Made by a program: the position numbers and the translations under genes
Virus record (IMG/VR): IMGVR_UViG_3300013458_000003
Span: 1-40,888 of that record
Direction: 5' to 3' (one strand)
Length of the DNA stretch: 40,888 nucleotides
Origin: a virus
Shown: positions 29,119-37,211 of the stretch, piece after piece
Layout of the letters: every line of letters starts with the position of its first letter
How positions within the stretch are numbered: the stretch's first letter is position 1
Notes under the pieces: model-generated
The model's input: only the letters and a program-made list of their open reading frames with translations
Databases searched by the model: none
What the model was told of the DNA's origin: nothing

Positions 29119-29589
29119 CTATATATCTTTATATTCAAACACTCGTAATGGCTCAAACTGAATAACGTATTTACCACACCGAGTTGAGTGACCGAATTTT
29201 TGCTGATAGTGATTCAAAGTTTGAAGTACAAACGATTCACTTACTTCGAAATAATCAGCTAATTCATATAGGTTATGAACATTTTGTAGGTATGCACTTA
29301 TTAATTCTTTAAGAGGTATTAGAATTTCACAAGCTAATCTACGAGCTTTCAACTCATATTTTTTGTTTTGTATATCTTTATCATCGAGTATGTTCCCATA
29401 AGTAATTTCATGGTGTGCTACTTCTTCGGCTAAAGTTTCTAATTTAATTGTAGTAGGGCGATTACTATTAATAAATATTTCGCCGTTCATATAGAAACCA
29501 GACATAAACTTAGGAATACTTCCAGTTTCATTTATAGATATGTAGTCGTACTTTTTTAATAAATCTTCGTATCTCCCCATACAAAACAC
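29119..29589 (-). CDS. ImmA/IrrE-like (DUF955-like) protein adjacent to the repressor
   Basis: 156 aa immediately downstream of the cI-like gene. The motif region reads AHHEITYG, not the canonical HExxH. Confidence 0.45.
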   Translation of the reverse strand: MFCMGRYEDLLKKYDYISINETGSIPKFMSGFYMNGEIFINSNRPTTIKLETLAEEVAHHEITYGNILDDKDIQNKKYELKARRLACEILIPLKELISAYLQNVHNLYELADYFEVSESFVLQTLNHYQQKFGHSTRCGKYVIQFEPLRVFEYKDI

Positions 29590-29592
29590 ACC

Positions 29593-29928
29593 TTATTTTT
29601 TTCTGTTTCTGATAAATTGAATAAATTGTTCTACTTCTTTTTGCTCATCTTCAGTTAAATCTGAATAGTCTAAATGTGCAGCCATTGTATCTTGATTTTT
29701 TTGAGGGTTAAATGATGGATCAATATCAGATTTATTTACATTTAACGCATCAGCTATTTTTTGAACATTTTCGGGATTAATTAATGTTTTATTGTTCAAA
29801 TAGTCAGAAATAGTACTACGTGAAATTCCAGATTTATTTGCTAAATCTAATTGTCTTAAACCTTGTGCTTTCATAAACTTTCTAATATTAGTAGATATTT
29901 GAAGTTTTAATTCATAATTTCTATCCAT
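29593..29928 (-). CDS. cI-like repressor (XRE-family HTH)
   Basis: IRKFMKAQGLRQLDLANKSGISRSTISDYLNNK is an HTH_XRE. Divergent from the cro-like gene. Confidence 0.8.
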   Translation of the reverse strand: MDRNYELKLQISTNIRKFMKAQGLRQLDLANKSGISRSTISDYLNNKTLINPENVQKIADALNVNKSDIDPSFNPQKNQDTMAAHLDYSDLTEDEQKEVEQFIQFIRNRKK

Positions 29929-29959
29929 ATTTTTTACCTCTCGAAAAAATTTTTATTTG

Positions 29960-30090
29960 TAATTTGATAATTCCATTATATAGGAAGGGAAACGGATAAA
30001 CAAGCATTTTTCCGATTTTATCCGAATATTTTTTCTTCGAAACGGAAATTTCCGTTTGACATTCCGAATTAACTCGGTTTATAATTGGTA
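29960..30090. promoter_or_regulatory. Divergent promoter/operator region of the lysis-lysogeny switch
   Basis: Perfect 18-bp palindrome AAACGGAAATTTCCGTTT at 30040-30057 overlaps TTGACA (30056-61) with TATAAT at 30080-85 rightward. TTCCGa(t/a)TT half-sites at about 30010, 30021 and 30062. A leftward TTGTTT/TATAAT lies on the minus strand at about 29975-30005. Confidence 0.6.
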
Positions 30091-30120
30091 CATACTTAAA
30101 GAAAGCGAGGGATAAAAGAA

Positions 30121-30369
30121 ATGCAAATTACTATGAGAGCCGCTAGAGTAAACGCTGGCTTAACACAAGAAAAAGCGTCTAAAAGGCTTGGTATTAATGC
30201 TGACACTCTTTCTAGATATGAGAAAGATAACTCTAGAATACCTAGAAATATTATTGCAGAAATTCCAAAGGTTTATTTTATCGACAGTGATAATATTTTT
30301 TTTGGTAAAGAAACCGAGTTTTTTCGGAATTTATCTAAAGAGAATTCAGAAGAAAATATAGAAACTTAA
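30121..30369 (+). CDS. Cro-like XRE-family HTH regulator
   Basis: RVNAGLTQEKASKRLGINADTLSRYEKDNS is HTH. Divergent to cI. Confidence 0.7.
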   Translation: MQITMRAARVNAGLTQEKASKRLGINADTLSRYEKDNSRIPRNIIAEIPKVYFIDSDNIFFGKETEFFRNLSKENSEENIET

Positions 30370-30523
30370 TAATTAAAAACTCAGTAAGTTTCAACGCTCA
30401 CATTGAGCGTATAAGAGCGAGAGTGAGCGACGATATGAGCCACACCTAAATACATTAATAAAAGGTCATTGCCAAGACTGTACGTTGAATGTGGGCGTTG
30501 AAAAGAAGAAGGAGGAAATAGAA

Positions 30524-31300
30524 ATGCAAGATTTGCAAGTAGTAGAACAAAATAATGAATTTTATGTAGACAGTCGAGAAGTAGCTGAAATGGTAGGTAA
30601 AAGGCACACAGATTTATTAAGAGATATAGATAATTATTTGAGTGTAATTTTACAAAACGCAAAATTGCGTTCTGCAGATTTCTTTGTTGCATCGAGTTAT
30701 ACATCTAACAACAACAATATGTATAAATGTTACCTACTTACTAAAAAAGGTTGTGACATGGTAGCAAATAAAATGACAGGTTCAAAAGGTGTACTGTTCA
30801 CAGCAATGTATGTAGATGCATTTCACAAAATGGACGAACACATTAAACAACAAGCACAAATCAGTACACCAACAAGTCAATTAGAAGCAATAAAGATGTT
30901 CGTACAAATACAAGAAGAACAACAAGCATTTAATCAACGTATCGAAAATGAAGTGACAGGTATCAGAAATATCGTAGGCATAGAAACGAAAAACTGGCGT
31001 AATGATACAAACAAAATACTATCAGCCATTGCTCAACATTTAGGCGGTGGAGATATGCACAAGAAAATTAAAGCAGAAGCATATACAGCACTTGAAGAAA
31101 AAGGTCGCTGCAACTTAAAAGTTCGCATGCAAAACAGAAAAGGAAAAATGCTAGCTAATGGTGCTACAAAAACACAAATAAATAAATTATCAAAATTGGA
31201 TGTAATCAATGATGATCCAAGATTAATTGAAATTTATATATCAGTAATTAAAAGTATGGCAATTAAATATGGCGTTGACGTAAGTCAATTTGAAATTTAA
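30524..31300 (+). CDS. Antirepressor (Rha/Ant-family N-terminal domain)
   Basis: MQDLQVVEQNNEFYVDSREVAEMVGKRHTDLLRDI matches the Rha-type regulatory domain. GGAGGA RBS. The first ATG of the ORF-track ORF lacks an RBS. Confidence 0.65.
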   Translation: MQDLQVVEQNNEFYVDSREVAEMVGKRHTDLLRDIDNYLSVILQNAKLRSADFFVASSYTSNNNNMYKCYLLTKKGCDMVANKMTGSKGVLFTAMYVDAFHKMDEHIKQQAQISTPTSQLEAIKMFVQIQEEQQAFNQRIENEVTGIRNIVGIETKNWRNDTNKILSAIAQHLGGGDMHKKIKAEAYTALEEKGRCNLKVRMQNRKGKMLANGATKTQINKLSKLDVINDDPRLIEIYISVIKSMAIKYGVDVSQFEI

Positions 31301-31312
31301 GGAGGAATAACA

Positions 31313-31459
31313 ATGAACTTTTTATACAAAGTAGCATTAGTTTTTGTAACAACAACTATATTATGGAAAATTTCAAAAATAGAAAAATATTCAAAACCTA
31401 TTCAAATAGAATTTTCAGGTGTTTCTAGCGATTTAAGAGCAAGCAAATTTAGAGGATAG
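31313..31459 (+). CDS. Small hydrophobic protein (48 aa, below ORF cutoff)
   Basis: AAGGAGGA RBS. TM segment VALVFVTTTILW. Confidence 0.35.
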   Translation: MNFLYKVALVFVTTTILWKISKIEKYSKPIQIEFSGVSSDLRASKFRG

Positions 31460-31514
31460 AAACAAGCAGAAAAATAAATAGTGTTTAAAAAACATAAGTA
31501 AAGGAGGACTAACC

Positions 31515-31655
31515 ATGCTAAAGAAATTAAAAATAGCACTCCTAATCGTCATCTTGGTGGAGGAGATTAGAAGTGCTAAGCGAAATAAAAACCAATTTCA
31601 TGGAATAAAAATAAAAACTAATAAAAATGGAACATCAAAAATAACAATCTGTTAA
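31515..31655 (+). CDS. Small hydrophobic protein (46 aa, below ORF cutoff)
   Basis: AAAGGAGGA RBS. TM segment IALLIVILV. Confidence 0.35.
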   Translation: MLKKLKIALLIVILVEEIRSAKRNKNQFHGIKIKTNKNGTSKITIC

Positions 31656-31671
31656 TTAAATGGAGGACATT

Positions 31672-31917
31672 ATGAACATACAAGATGCAACGAAATTAGC
31701 TACTAAAAAACTTTTAACTATGACACGAAAGGAATGGGAAGGAAGTCATCAAACTCGAGTGTTGCCGACAAATGATAGTTTTTTACATTGCATTGTAACA
31801 AGTAATGATGGAAAACACCTCATTAGATATTGGCAACCTTCAGCAGATGACTTAATGGCAGAAGATTGGGAAGTAATAAATCCAATTAAAGACCAGGAAT
31901 TATTGAAGCTATTTTAG
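31672..31917 (+). CDS. DUF2829-like small protein (Tad2-like candidate)
   Basis: RKEWEG ... YWQPSADDLMAEDWEVI resembles the GW.GKG ... W..SQ.DLLAEDWEV pattern of DUF2829. GGAGG RBS. Confidence 0.4.
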   Translation: MNIQDATKLATKKLLTMTRKEWEGSHQTRVLPTNDSFLHCIVTSNDGKHLIRYWQPSADDLMAEDWEVINPIKDQELLKLF

Positions 31918-32251
31918 AAATATTATCAATTATACTTTGCAAATTATTTTTAAACGCATTTTCAAAATAAACGATAGTCTTATCCGAAATAGTTACATGA
32001 TAAATAGTGTTGTCTGCAAAAACACCATTAATAAAACCAGATTTTTTAAGTTTCTTTAAGTCGTTTTCTACATCTTCGAAATGTAGTTTTTGAAAATACT
32101 TAGAATGTATATCTTCTGCACTTTCAAAATCATTGCAACTTAATTTAACAGCACCAGACTTTACACACTCTAAATAATTTTTATAAAGGACAGACAGTAT
32201 ATACTGCTGATCTTTGGTAAGTATCTCGAACTCGTCAGATATTAAAGACAT
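31886..32251 (-). CDS. Reverse-oriented moron gene of unknown function with its own promoter
   Basis: Only minus-strand gene inside the plus-strand early region. Start MSLISDEF at 32251 with a GGAGGTG RBS. Extended -10 TGGTATAAT on the minus strand at about 32270-32280. The 3' end overlaps the convergent 31672..31917 gene by 32 nt. Confidence 0.5.
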   Translation of the reverse strand: MSLISDEFEILTKDQQYILSVLYKNYLECVKSGAVKLSCNDFESAEDIHSKYFQKLHFEDVENDLKKLKKSGFINGVFADNTIYHVTISDKTIVYFENAFKNNLQSIIDNISKIASIIPGL

Positions 32252-32303
32252 ATATAACACCTCCAAAGGTGATTATACCAAACACACGAAAGGAGTGGTC
32301 TTA

Positions 32304-32435
32304 ATGCCACCACACATTCAAACAATGATGTTAAAACACTTTAAACATCATCTACCAGAAGCACTTGAAAGATGTAAACAAAAAGAAAAGGAAAGAAAGG
32401 AGCGAGAGAATGAGAAACAAAAGAAGATTAGTTAG
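32304..32435 (+). CDS. Small basic protein (43 aa)
   Basis: AAGGAG RBS 6 nt upstream of the ATG at 32304. Confidence 0.3.
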   Translation: MPPHIQTMMLKHFKHHLPEALERCKQKEKERKERENEKQKKIS

Positions 32436-32616
32436 AAAACCAAAGCTATCTAATTTAGATAAAAGTCTTTATATCGCTGGAACAATGGCATTAGCACTAT
32501 TCACTTTCCTAACACTATTTGGAGTGTTCATTGCACAAGCATTAGGTGTAGGAGTGATTGCTGGAGTAGTAACGCACATATTTTTCAACGAATACTACTA
32601 CAAAATAAAAGACTGA
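32410..32616 (+). CDS. Small membrane protein (68 aa)
   Basis: AAGGAG RBS. TM regions ALALFTFLTLFGVFIAQALGVGVIAGVV. Confidence 0.4.
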   Translation: MRNKRRLVRKPKLSNLDKSLYIAGTMALALFTFLTLFGVFIAQALGVGVIAGVVTHIFFNEYYYKIKD

Positions 32617-32694
32617 ATGCTATCGGCAAATAGCAAACAGTCAAGATGTTAACAAAATTTATACAAGTTAATCATATAACAATGGAGGACTAGC

Positions 32695-32976
32695 ATGCAA
32701 CAAGAATATATAACAATACCTTTTAAGGAATGGAAAAATCTCAAGAAAAACTCACTTGACCTATTCATTTTAACAAGAGATTTAGACTTTGCACGACAAG
32801 AAATTGAGTTACTCGAAAGCCAAAAAGAAGAACTAAGAAAAGACGTTCGATACTGGTCAACGATGTACCAATCAGCAAGCATTCGTGCCGATAAAAATGC
32901 ACAAGATATAGCTAGATGTACGGAGGTGCATGAACGTGAAAGAAACTGTCACTTATATAATCAAGCGAAAAGATAA
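32695..32976 (+). CDS. Hypothetical coiled-coil protein
   Basis: 93 aa, GGAGG RBS. Confidence 0.4.
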   Translation: MQQEYITIPFKEWKNLKKNSLDLFILTRDLDFARQEIELLESQKEELRKDVRYWSTMYQSASIRADKNAQDIARCTEVHERERNCHLYNQAKR

Positions 32977-33160
32977 CGACTTATATGTAACCAACATGCC
33001 TAGTCATAACTTCCCAGCAATCAAATACTCAACTGAATTCAGAGATGCAAAAGAATTTAACGGAGTAGATAAAAGTTCAATAGATATGACAGAACACAAA
33101 GCTATCAAACATACGCACATAGAACAAGATAAATATGAGGAGGTAGAACTTGATGACTGA
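32930..33160 (+). CDS. Hypothetical protein
   Basis: 76 aa, overlapping out of frame. Confidence 0.35.
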   Translation: MNVKETVTYIIKRKDNDLYVTNMPSHNFPAIKYSTEFRDAKEFNGVDKSSIDMTEHKAIKHTHIEQDKYEEVELDD

Positions 33161-33827
33161 GAAGCAACAAGAACTCAACTTATTTCAAAAAATAGCAGAT
33201 GTTAAAGCTAATATTGATGGCTTTACTAAAGATGCAAAGAGTTACAACTACTCATATGTAAGTGGCTCTCAAGTATTGCACAGAATTAGAAATAAGATGA
33301 TTGAAAACAATTTATTACTTGTACCAAAAACATCAGAAGAAAATTACAAACAAATCGATGTAACAAGATTTAATAAAAAGGCTGGTCGTGAGATTACAAC
33401 ATCAGAATTTATCGTTGAAATGAAATTAACATATGTATGGATCAATGCTGACAAGCCAGAAGAACAATTCGAAGTAACTTTCTATGCAGTAGGTCAACAA
33501 GACGATGTATCAAAGGCACATGGTACTGCATTAACTTATGCAGAAAGATACTTCTTAATGAAATTCTTCAATATTCCAACTGATGAAGATGATGCAGATG
33601 CAAAAGAAAAACAAGATAAGTATGCAACATCAAGTAATCAATTGAAAGAGTTGCTTAGACAAGAAGCAGATAGCTTTATCGAAATCGCTGAAAGAAGTAA
33701 TGCTGCAAGCAAATATCAAGAACAGATAGAAAAATTAAAAAATATGAACGTAAATGATTTAAACAAACAACAAATCAACGTTACAAGACAACAAATTAAT
33801 AAATGGCTTGGAGGAATTAAAGAATGA
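33153..33827 (+). CDS. ERF-family-like single-strand annealing protein (recombinase)
   Basis: The [19 protein letters not shown] region and the position immediately upstream of SSB fit an ERF-type SSAP. GAGGAGG RBS. Confidence 0.5.
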   Translation: MTEKQQELNLFQKIADVKANIDGFTKDAKSYNYSYVSGSQVLHRIRNKMIENNLLLVPKTSEENYKQIDVTRFNKKAGREITTSEFIVEMKLTYVWINADKPEEQFEVTFYAVGQQDDVSKAHGTALTYAERYFLMKFFNIPTDEDDADAKEKQDKYATSSNQLKELLRQEADSFIEIAERSNAASKYQEQIEKLKNMNVNDLNKQQINVTRQQINKWLGGIKE

Positions 33828-34258
33828 TAAACAGAGTAATTTTAGTAGGTAGATTAACAAAAGATCCAGAGTATAGACAAACGCCAAGTGGAGTGAGTGT
33901 AGCAACTTTCACATTAGCAGTGAATAGAAGTTTCACAAACTCACAAGGTGAACGTGAAGCAGACTTTATCAATGTAGTTGTATTCAGAAAGCAAGCAGAG
34001 AACGTTAATAAGTACCTTTCTAAAGGCTCATTAGCTGGTGTAGATGGACGTATTCAATCACGTAGCTATGAAAACAATGAAGGTCGCCGAGTATTCGTAA
34101 CAGAAGTAGTAGCAGACAGTGTTCAATTCTTAGAGCCAAAGAATAACAATCAACAAAACAGTCAACCTCAACAACAACGAGGGCAAACACCAGCAGGCGA
34201 TAACCCGTTTGCAAATGATAACAACGCAAACATTAGTGATGATGACCTACCCTTTTGA
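33824..34258 (+). CDS. ssb: Single-stranded DNA-binding protein
   Basis: OB-fold N-terminus [16 protein letters not shown], a Q/N-rich linker and the acidic tail DDDLPF. Confidence 0.95.
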   Translation: MINRVILVGRLTKDPEYRQTPSGVSVATFTLAVNRSFTNSQGEREADFINVVVFRKQAENVNKYLSKGSLAGVDGRIQSRSYENNEGRRVFVTEVVADSVQFLEPKNNNQQNSQPQQQRGQTPAGDNPFANDNNANISDDDLPF

Positions 34259-34433
34259 TAAACCTACAACAAAACAAGTTAAGTACGCTGAATACTTACA
34301 ATCATTCTTGAGAAAAGATGATGACTTATCAAAGATGAGTAAAAAGGAATTAAGCGACTATATAAACTCAATAAAACCTGATGCAGAATTCGTCATCGAT
34401 GAATTGCAGGCACATACAGATATTTTTTGGTAG
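34239..34433 (+). CDS. Hypothetical small protein
   Basis: ORF overlapping the ssb 3' end. Confidence 0.3.
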   Translation: MMTYPFDKPTTKQVKYAEYLQSFLRKDDDLSKMSKKELSDYINSIKPDAEFVIDELQAHTDIFW

Positions 34434-34441
34434 GTGATTAA

Positions 34442-35137
34442 ATGCCAAAAATCAAAAATTACATCACTCAAGATGACGGTACAACAACCGTCGTCATTGA
34501 GGGTGTAGAACTAGATAACAAGACTTCACTCTTACTTGATAACGGTTTTGATGTAGAAGTCGATGTCATTCCAGTTGATCCATTCAGAATAACGAATAAG
34601 CAGCGTAAGAAGATATTTGCGCTCGTAAAAGACATAGAAGTCCATACAGGTATGCCAATGGACTACATGCGCCATATGTTTATCGAATATGTAAGAACGT
34701 ATTACGGATATGATAAACGCATTTCACTCAGTAACTGCACACGTACACAGGCAAGTCAGATTATCGAAGTAACCATCGACTGGGTATTCGCTAACGGAAT
34801 AATACTTGCATACAAAACAAGTGATTTATTAAAAGGCGATAAGTCGTTACTTTACTGGGCGACAGTCAATCGTAATTGTGTATTATGTGGCAAAAGTGGA
34901 GCAGACCTTGCACATCACTACGCAATAGGTCGTGGTGCTAACCGTAAGAAGATGCAGCATTACGATTATGAAGTGTTGGCTTTATGTAGAGAACATCATT
35001 CCGAACAGCACAACATAGGCGTTAAGTCTTTTGATGAGAAATACATCTTACAGGATAGCTGGATAAAGGTAGATGAACGACTAAACAGAATGTTGAAAGG
35101 AGAGAAATCAAATGCGATCAGTAATGATAAGAATTGA
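34442..35137 (+). CDS. Cys/His-rich putative HNH-like nuclease (DUF968-like)
   Basis: CVLCGKSGADLAHHYAIGRG....LCREHHSEQHN zinc-binding/HNH-like arrangement. Position after ssb. Confidence 0.4.
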   Translation: MPKIKNYITQDDGTTTVVIEGVELDNKTSLLLDNGFDVEVDVIPVDPFRITNKQRKKIFALVKDIEVHTGMPMDYMRHMFIEYVRTYYGYDKRISLSNCTRTQASQIIEVTIDWVFANGIILAYKTSDLLKGDKSLLYWATVNRNCVLCGKSGADLAHHYAIGRGANRKKMQHYDYEVLALCREHHSEQHNIGVKSFDEKYILQDSWIKVDERLNRMLKGEKSNAISNDKN

Positions 35138-35351
35138 AGATAGAATACAAATTTCCGAACGAATTAGAGATATCAGATTAGATGCTAACCTATTACAATA
35201 CGAATTTGGTGAACGTTTAGGCGTAGGTCGTGTGACAGTCAATCGTTGGGAAAACTTTTCACAGTTACCACCAATGAAAATGATTAGAAAAATGGCTAAG
35301 GAATTCAACACTACACCTCAATGGATATTGTACGGGAGCGATGAACAATGA
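35112..35351 (+). CDS. HTH DNA-binding protein
   Basis: LLQYEFGERLGVGRVTVNRWEN is an HTH. Confidence 0.5.
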   Translation: MRSVMIRIEDRIQISERIRDIRLDANLLQYEFGERLGVGRVTVNRWENFSQLPPMKMIRKMAKEFNTTPQWILYGSDEQ

Positions 35352-35554
35352 CATTAGGACAAAAGATTAAAAACCATCGTAAAAATCTAGGTGAAAGTAT
35401 GGCAGAATTCGGGCAACGTTTTAACGCCAAAAGTGGTGTAGTTTCAAATTGGAAGAATAACAAACAAAAACCTAACAATAAACGATTAAAATTGATTGCT
35501 GATGAAATGGGATTAACTGTAACTGAATTGTTGAACGGAAGTGATAAAACATGA
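35348..35554 (+). CDS. HTH DNA-binding protein (XRE-like)
   Basis: LGESMAEFGQRFNAKSGVVSNWKNNKQ is an HTH. Confidence 0.5.
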   Translation: MTLGQKIKNHRKNLGESMAEFGQRFNAKSGVVSNWKNNKQKPNNKRLKLIADEMGLTVTELLNGSDKT

Positions 35555-36270
35555 GTGACAAAGTAAAAACTAGCATCACTGGTTACGGTCTTGTATTCAA
35601 ACGAGTAATGAAAGACAGAAATATTAGCATAGAAGCTAAAGCATTATACAGCTACTTATCGGCTTATGCTGGTGCAGATGAAAGTGCATTTCCTAGCGTG
35701 GATTTAATCAAACATGAATTAGGTATCGGTAAACATAGATTTTTAAGAGCAAAAAATGAGTTGATTGATAACGGTTATTTAATGGTTGATAGAAAACAGA
35801 CTAAGAATATTTACGGAAGTAACTTATATACATTGTTTCATAGTCCTCGACAGGTTGATGGTCGACCCGTCGATGACCGACCTGCCTATGACCGACCGGT
35901 CGACAGTCAACCCACTACAAATAACAGTATTACAAATAACAATATTACAAGTAACAGTAAGACAATTAATAATAGCGCAACTGACGTTACGCGTGAACGT
36001 TTTGAGGAATGGTGGAAACTTTACAACAAGAAAAGGGATAAAAAGATTTCTTTTAAGAAATTCGAAAAATGCTTAAAGAAACATTCATTCGAAGAAATTA
36101 TGCAAGGTACACGTATGTATCTGAAAACTATTAAAGATAAGCAATATCAAAAAGATCCTAAAACATTCTTACACAACGAAAGTTATATGAATGATTACAG
36201 CGACGAGTTGCAACCTAGTGGCATGGATCAACTAAACAGAATGAAGTATGACGAAAGTTATTGGGACTAG
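35551..36270 (+). CDS. Replication initiation protein / replisome organizer
   Basis: N-terminal winged-HTH of phage replisome organizers (ISIEAKALYSYLSAYAG...FPSVDLIKHELGIGKHRF), DNA repeats inside the gene, and a DnaC-like loader downstream. Confidence 0.7.
   Translation: MSDKVKTSITGYGLVFKRVMKDRNISIEAKALYSYLSAYAGADESAFPSVDLIKHELGIGKHRFLRAKNELIDNGYLMVDRKQTKNIYGSNLYTLFHSPRQVDGRPVDDRPAYDRPVDSQPTTNNSITNNNITSNSKTINNSATDVTRERFEEWWKLYNKKRDKKISFKKFEKCLKKHSFEEIMQGTRMYLKTIKDKQYQKDPKTFLHNESYMNDYSDELQPSGMDQLNRMKYDESYWD
35850..35975 (+). repeat. Putative origin iterons embedded in the replication gene
   Basis: ATGACCGACC occurs twice (35874, 35888) and GGTCGAC twice (35860, 35898). About three tandem 15-bp units (g)TATTACAA(a/g)TAACA follow at 35927-35970. 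Confidence 0.45.
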
Positions 36271-36282
36271 GAGTGATAAGTA

Positions 36283-37053
36283 ATGCAATCATTAGGAAGT
36301 TTAGCAAGAAATATCAAGCCTAATCAAAACATTGTAGAAGAAGAATATAACCTTAAATGTGAAAGATGTGGGAATACCTACGACTATTACAAGTTCAGTA
36401 ATGGACAAGAGTTCAGACATGGTTGTGATTGTTCAATGATTGCTGCTGGTAAAGAAGCTGAGCAACAAAGAAAGCAGAAGTATCTCAATCGTATCTTTAA
36501 CCAATCTAATGTGAACGCATCTTTACGTGATGCAACTGTTAACAGTTACCAACCACAAAATGAACATCAAGTAAAAGCTAAAAATACAGCTATTGAGTAT
36601 GTTAAAACATTTTCCCTAGATGAACCTAAGTCATTAATACTACAAGGCTCATATGGTACTGGAAAAAGTCACCTAGCTTATGCCATAGCAAAGGCAATTA
36701 AGCAACAAGGGTATTCGGTAGCTTTTATGCACATTCCGATGTTAATGGAACGTATTAAAGCAACATACAATCGTAATGCTACTGAAACAACAGATGAATT
36801 AGTTCAGCTATTAAGTAGCATCGACTTGCTTGTATTAGATGATGTTGGTGTAGAAAACACTGAACACACATTAAATAAATTATTTTCAATCGTAGATAAC
36901 AGAGTAGGTAAGAATAACATCTTTACTACTAACTTTAGTGATAAAGAACTAAATCAAAATATGAACTGGCAACGGATCAATTCACGTATGAAACAAAATG
37001 CGAGAACGGTTCGAGTGCTGGGAGATGATTTCAGAGGACGTGACGCATGGTGA
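36283..37053 (+). CDS. DnaC/IstB-like helicase loader ATPase
   Basis: Walker A GSYGTGKSHLA, Walker B LLVLDDVG. N-terminal Cys-rich segment. Confidence 0.85.
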   Translation: MQSLGSLARNIKPNQNIVEEEYNLKCERCGNTYDYYKFSNGQEFRHGCDCSMIAAGKEAEQQRKQKYLNRIFNQSNVNASLRDATVNSYQPQNEHQVKAKNTAIEYVKTFSLDEPKSLILQGSYGTGKSHLAYAIAKAIKQQGYSVAFMHIPMLMERIKATYNRNATETTDELVQLLSSIDLLVLDDVGVENTEHTLNKLFSIVDNRVGKNNIFTTNFSDKELNQNMNWQRINSRMKQNARTVRVLGDDFRGRDAW

Positions 37054-37211
37054 CGGTAGAAAATATTAAGCAAATACTTGAGTGTAAAGATATGTATGCT
37101 CAGAAAATGATTAAGTGGGCAAACGGGGACGAAAAAGCATTAGTCGACCTAATCAATCAGAAGTTAGAAGAACGTCGCAAAAGGGAGGCTGTGGTTGAAT
37201 ATGGGGCTTAG
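37047..37211 (+). CDS. Small ORF (54 aa, below cutoff)
   Basis: ATG overlaps the DnaC-like stop (ATGGTGA). Fills an otherwise uncovered gap. Confidence 0.3.
   Translation: MVTVENIKQILECKDMYAQKMIKWANGDEKALVDLINQKLEERRKREAVVEYGA

Noticed and set aside
30381-30704. 107-aa minus-strand ORF across the cro-ant intergenic region
   Set aside because: It overlaps the antirepressor start and the structured leader, has no RBS, and its product is hydrophobic and low-complexity. The region is better explained as regulatory RNA/DNA structure.
35786-36076. 96-aa alternative-frame ORF inside the replication gene
   Set aside because: It overlaps the iteron repeats. Its frame is created by the repeated GACCGACC units, and the main frame has the conserved HTH domain.
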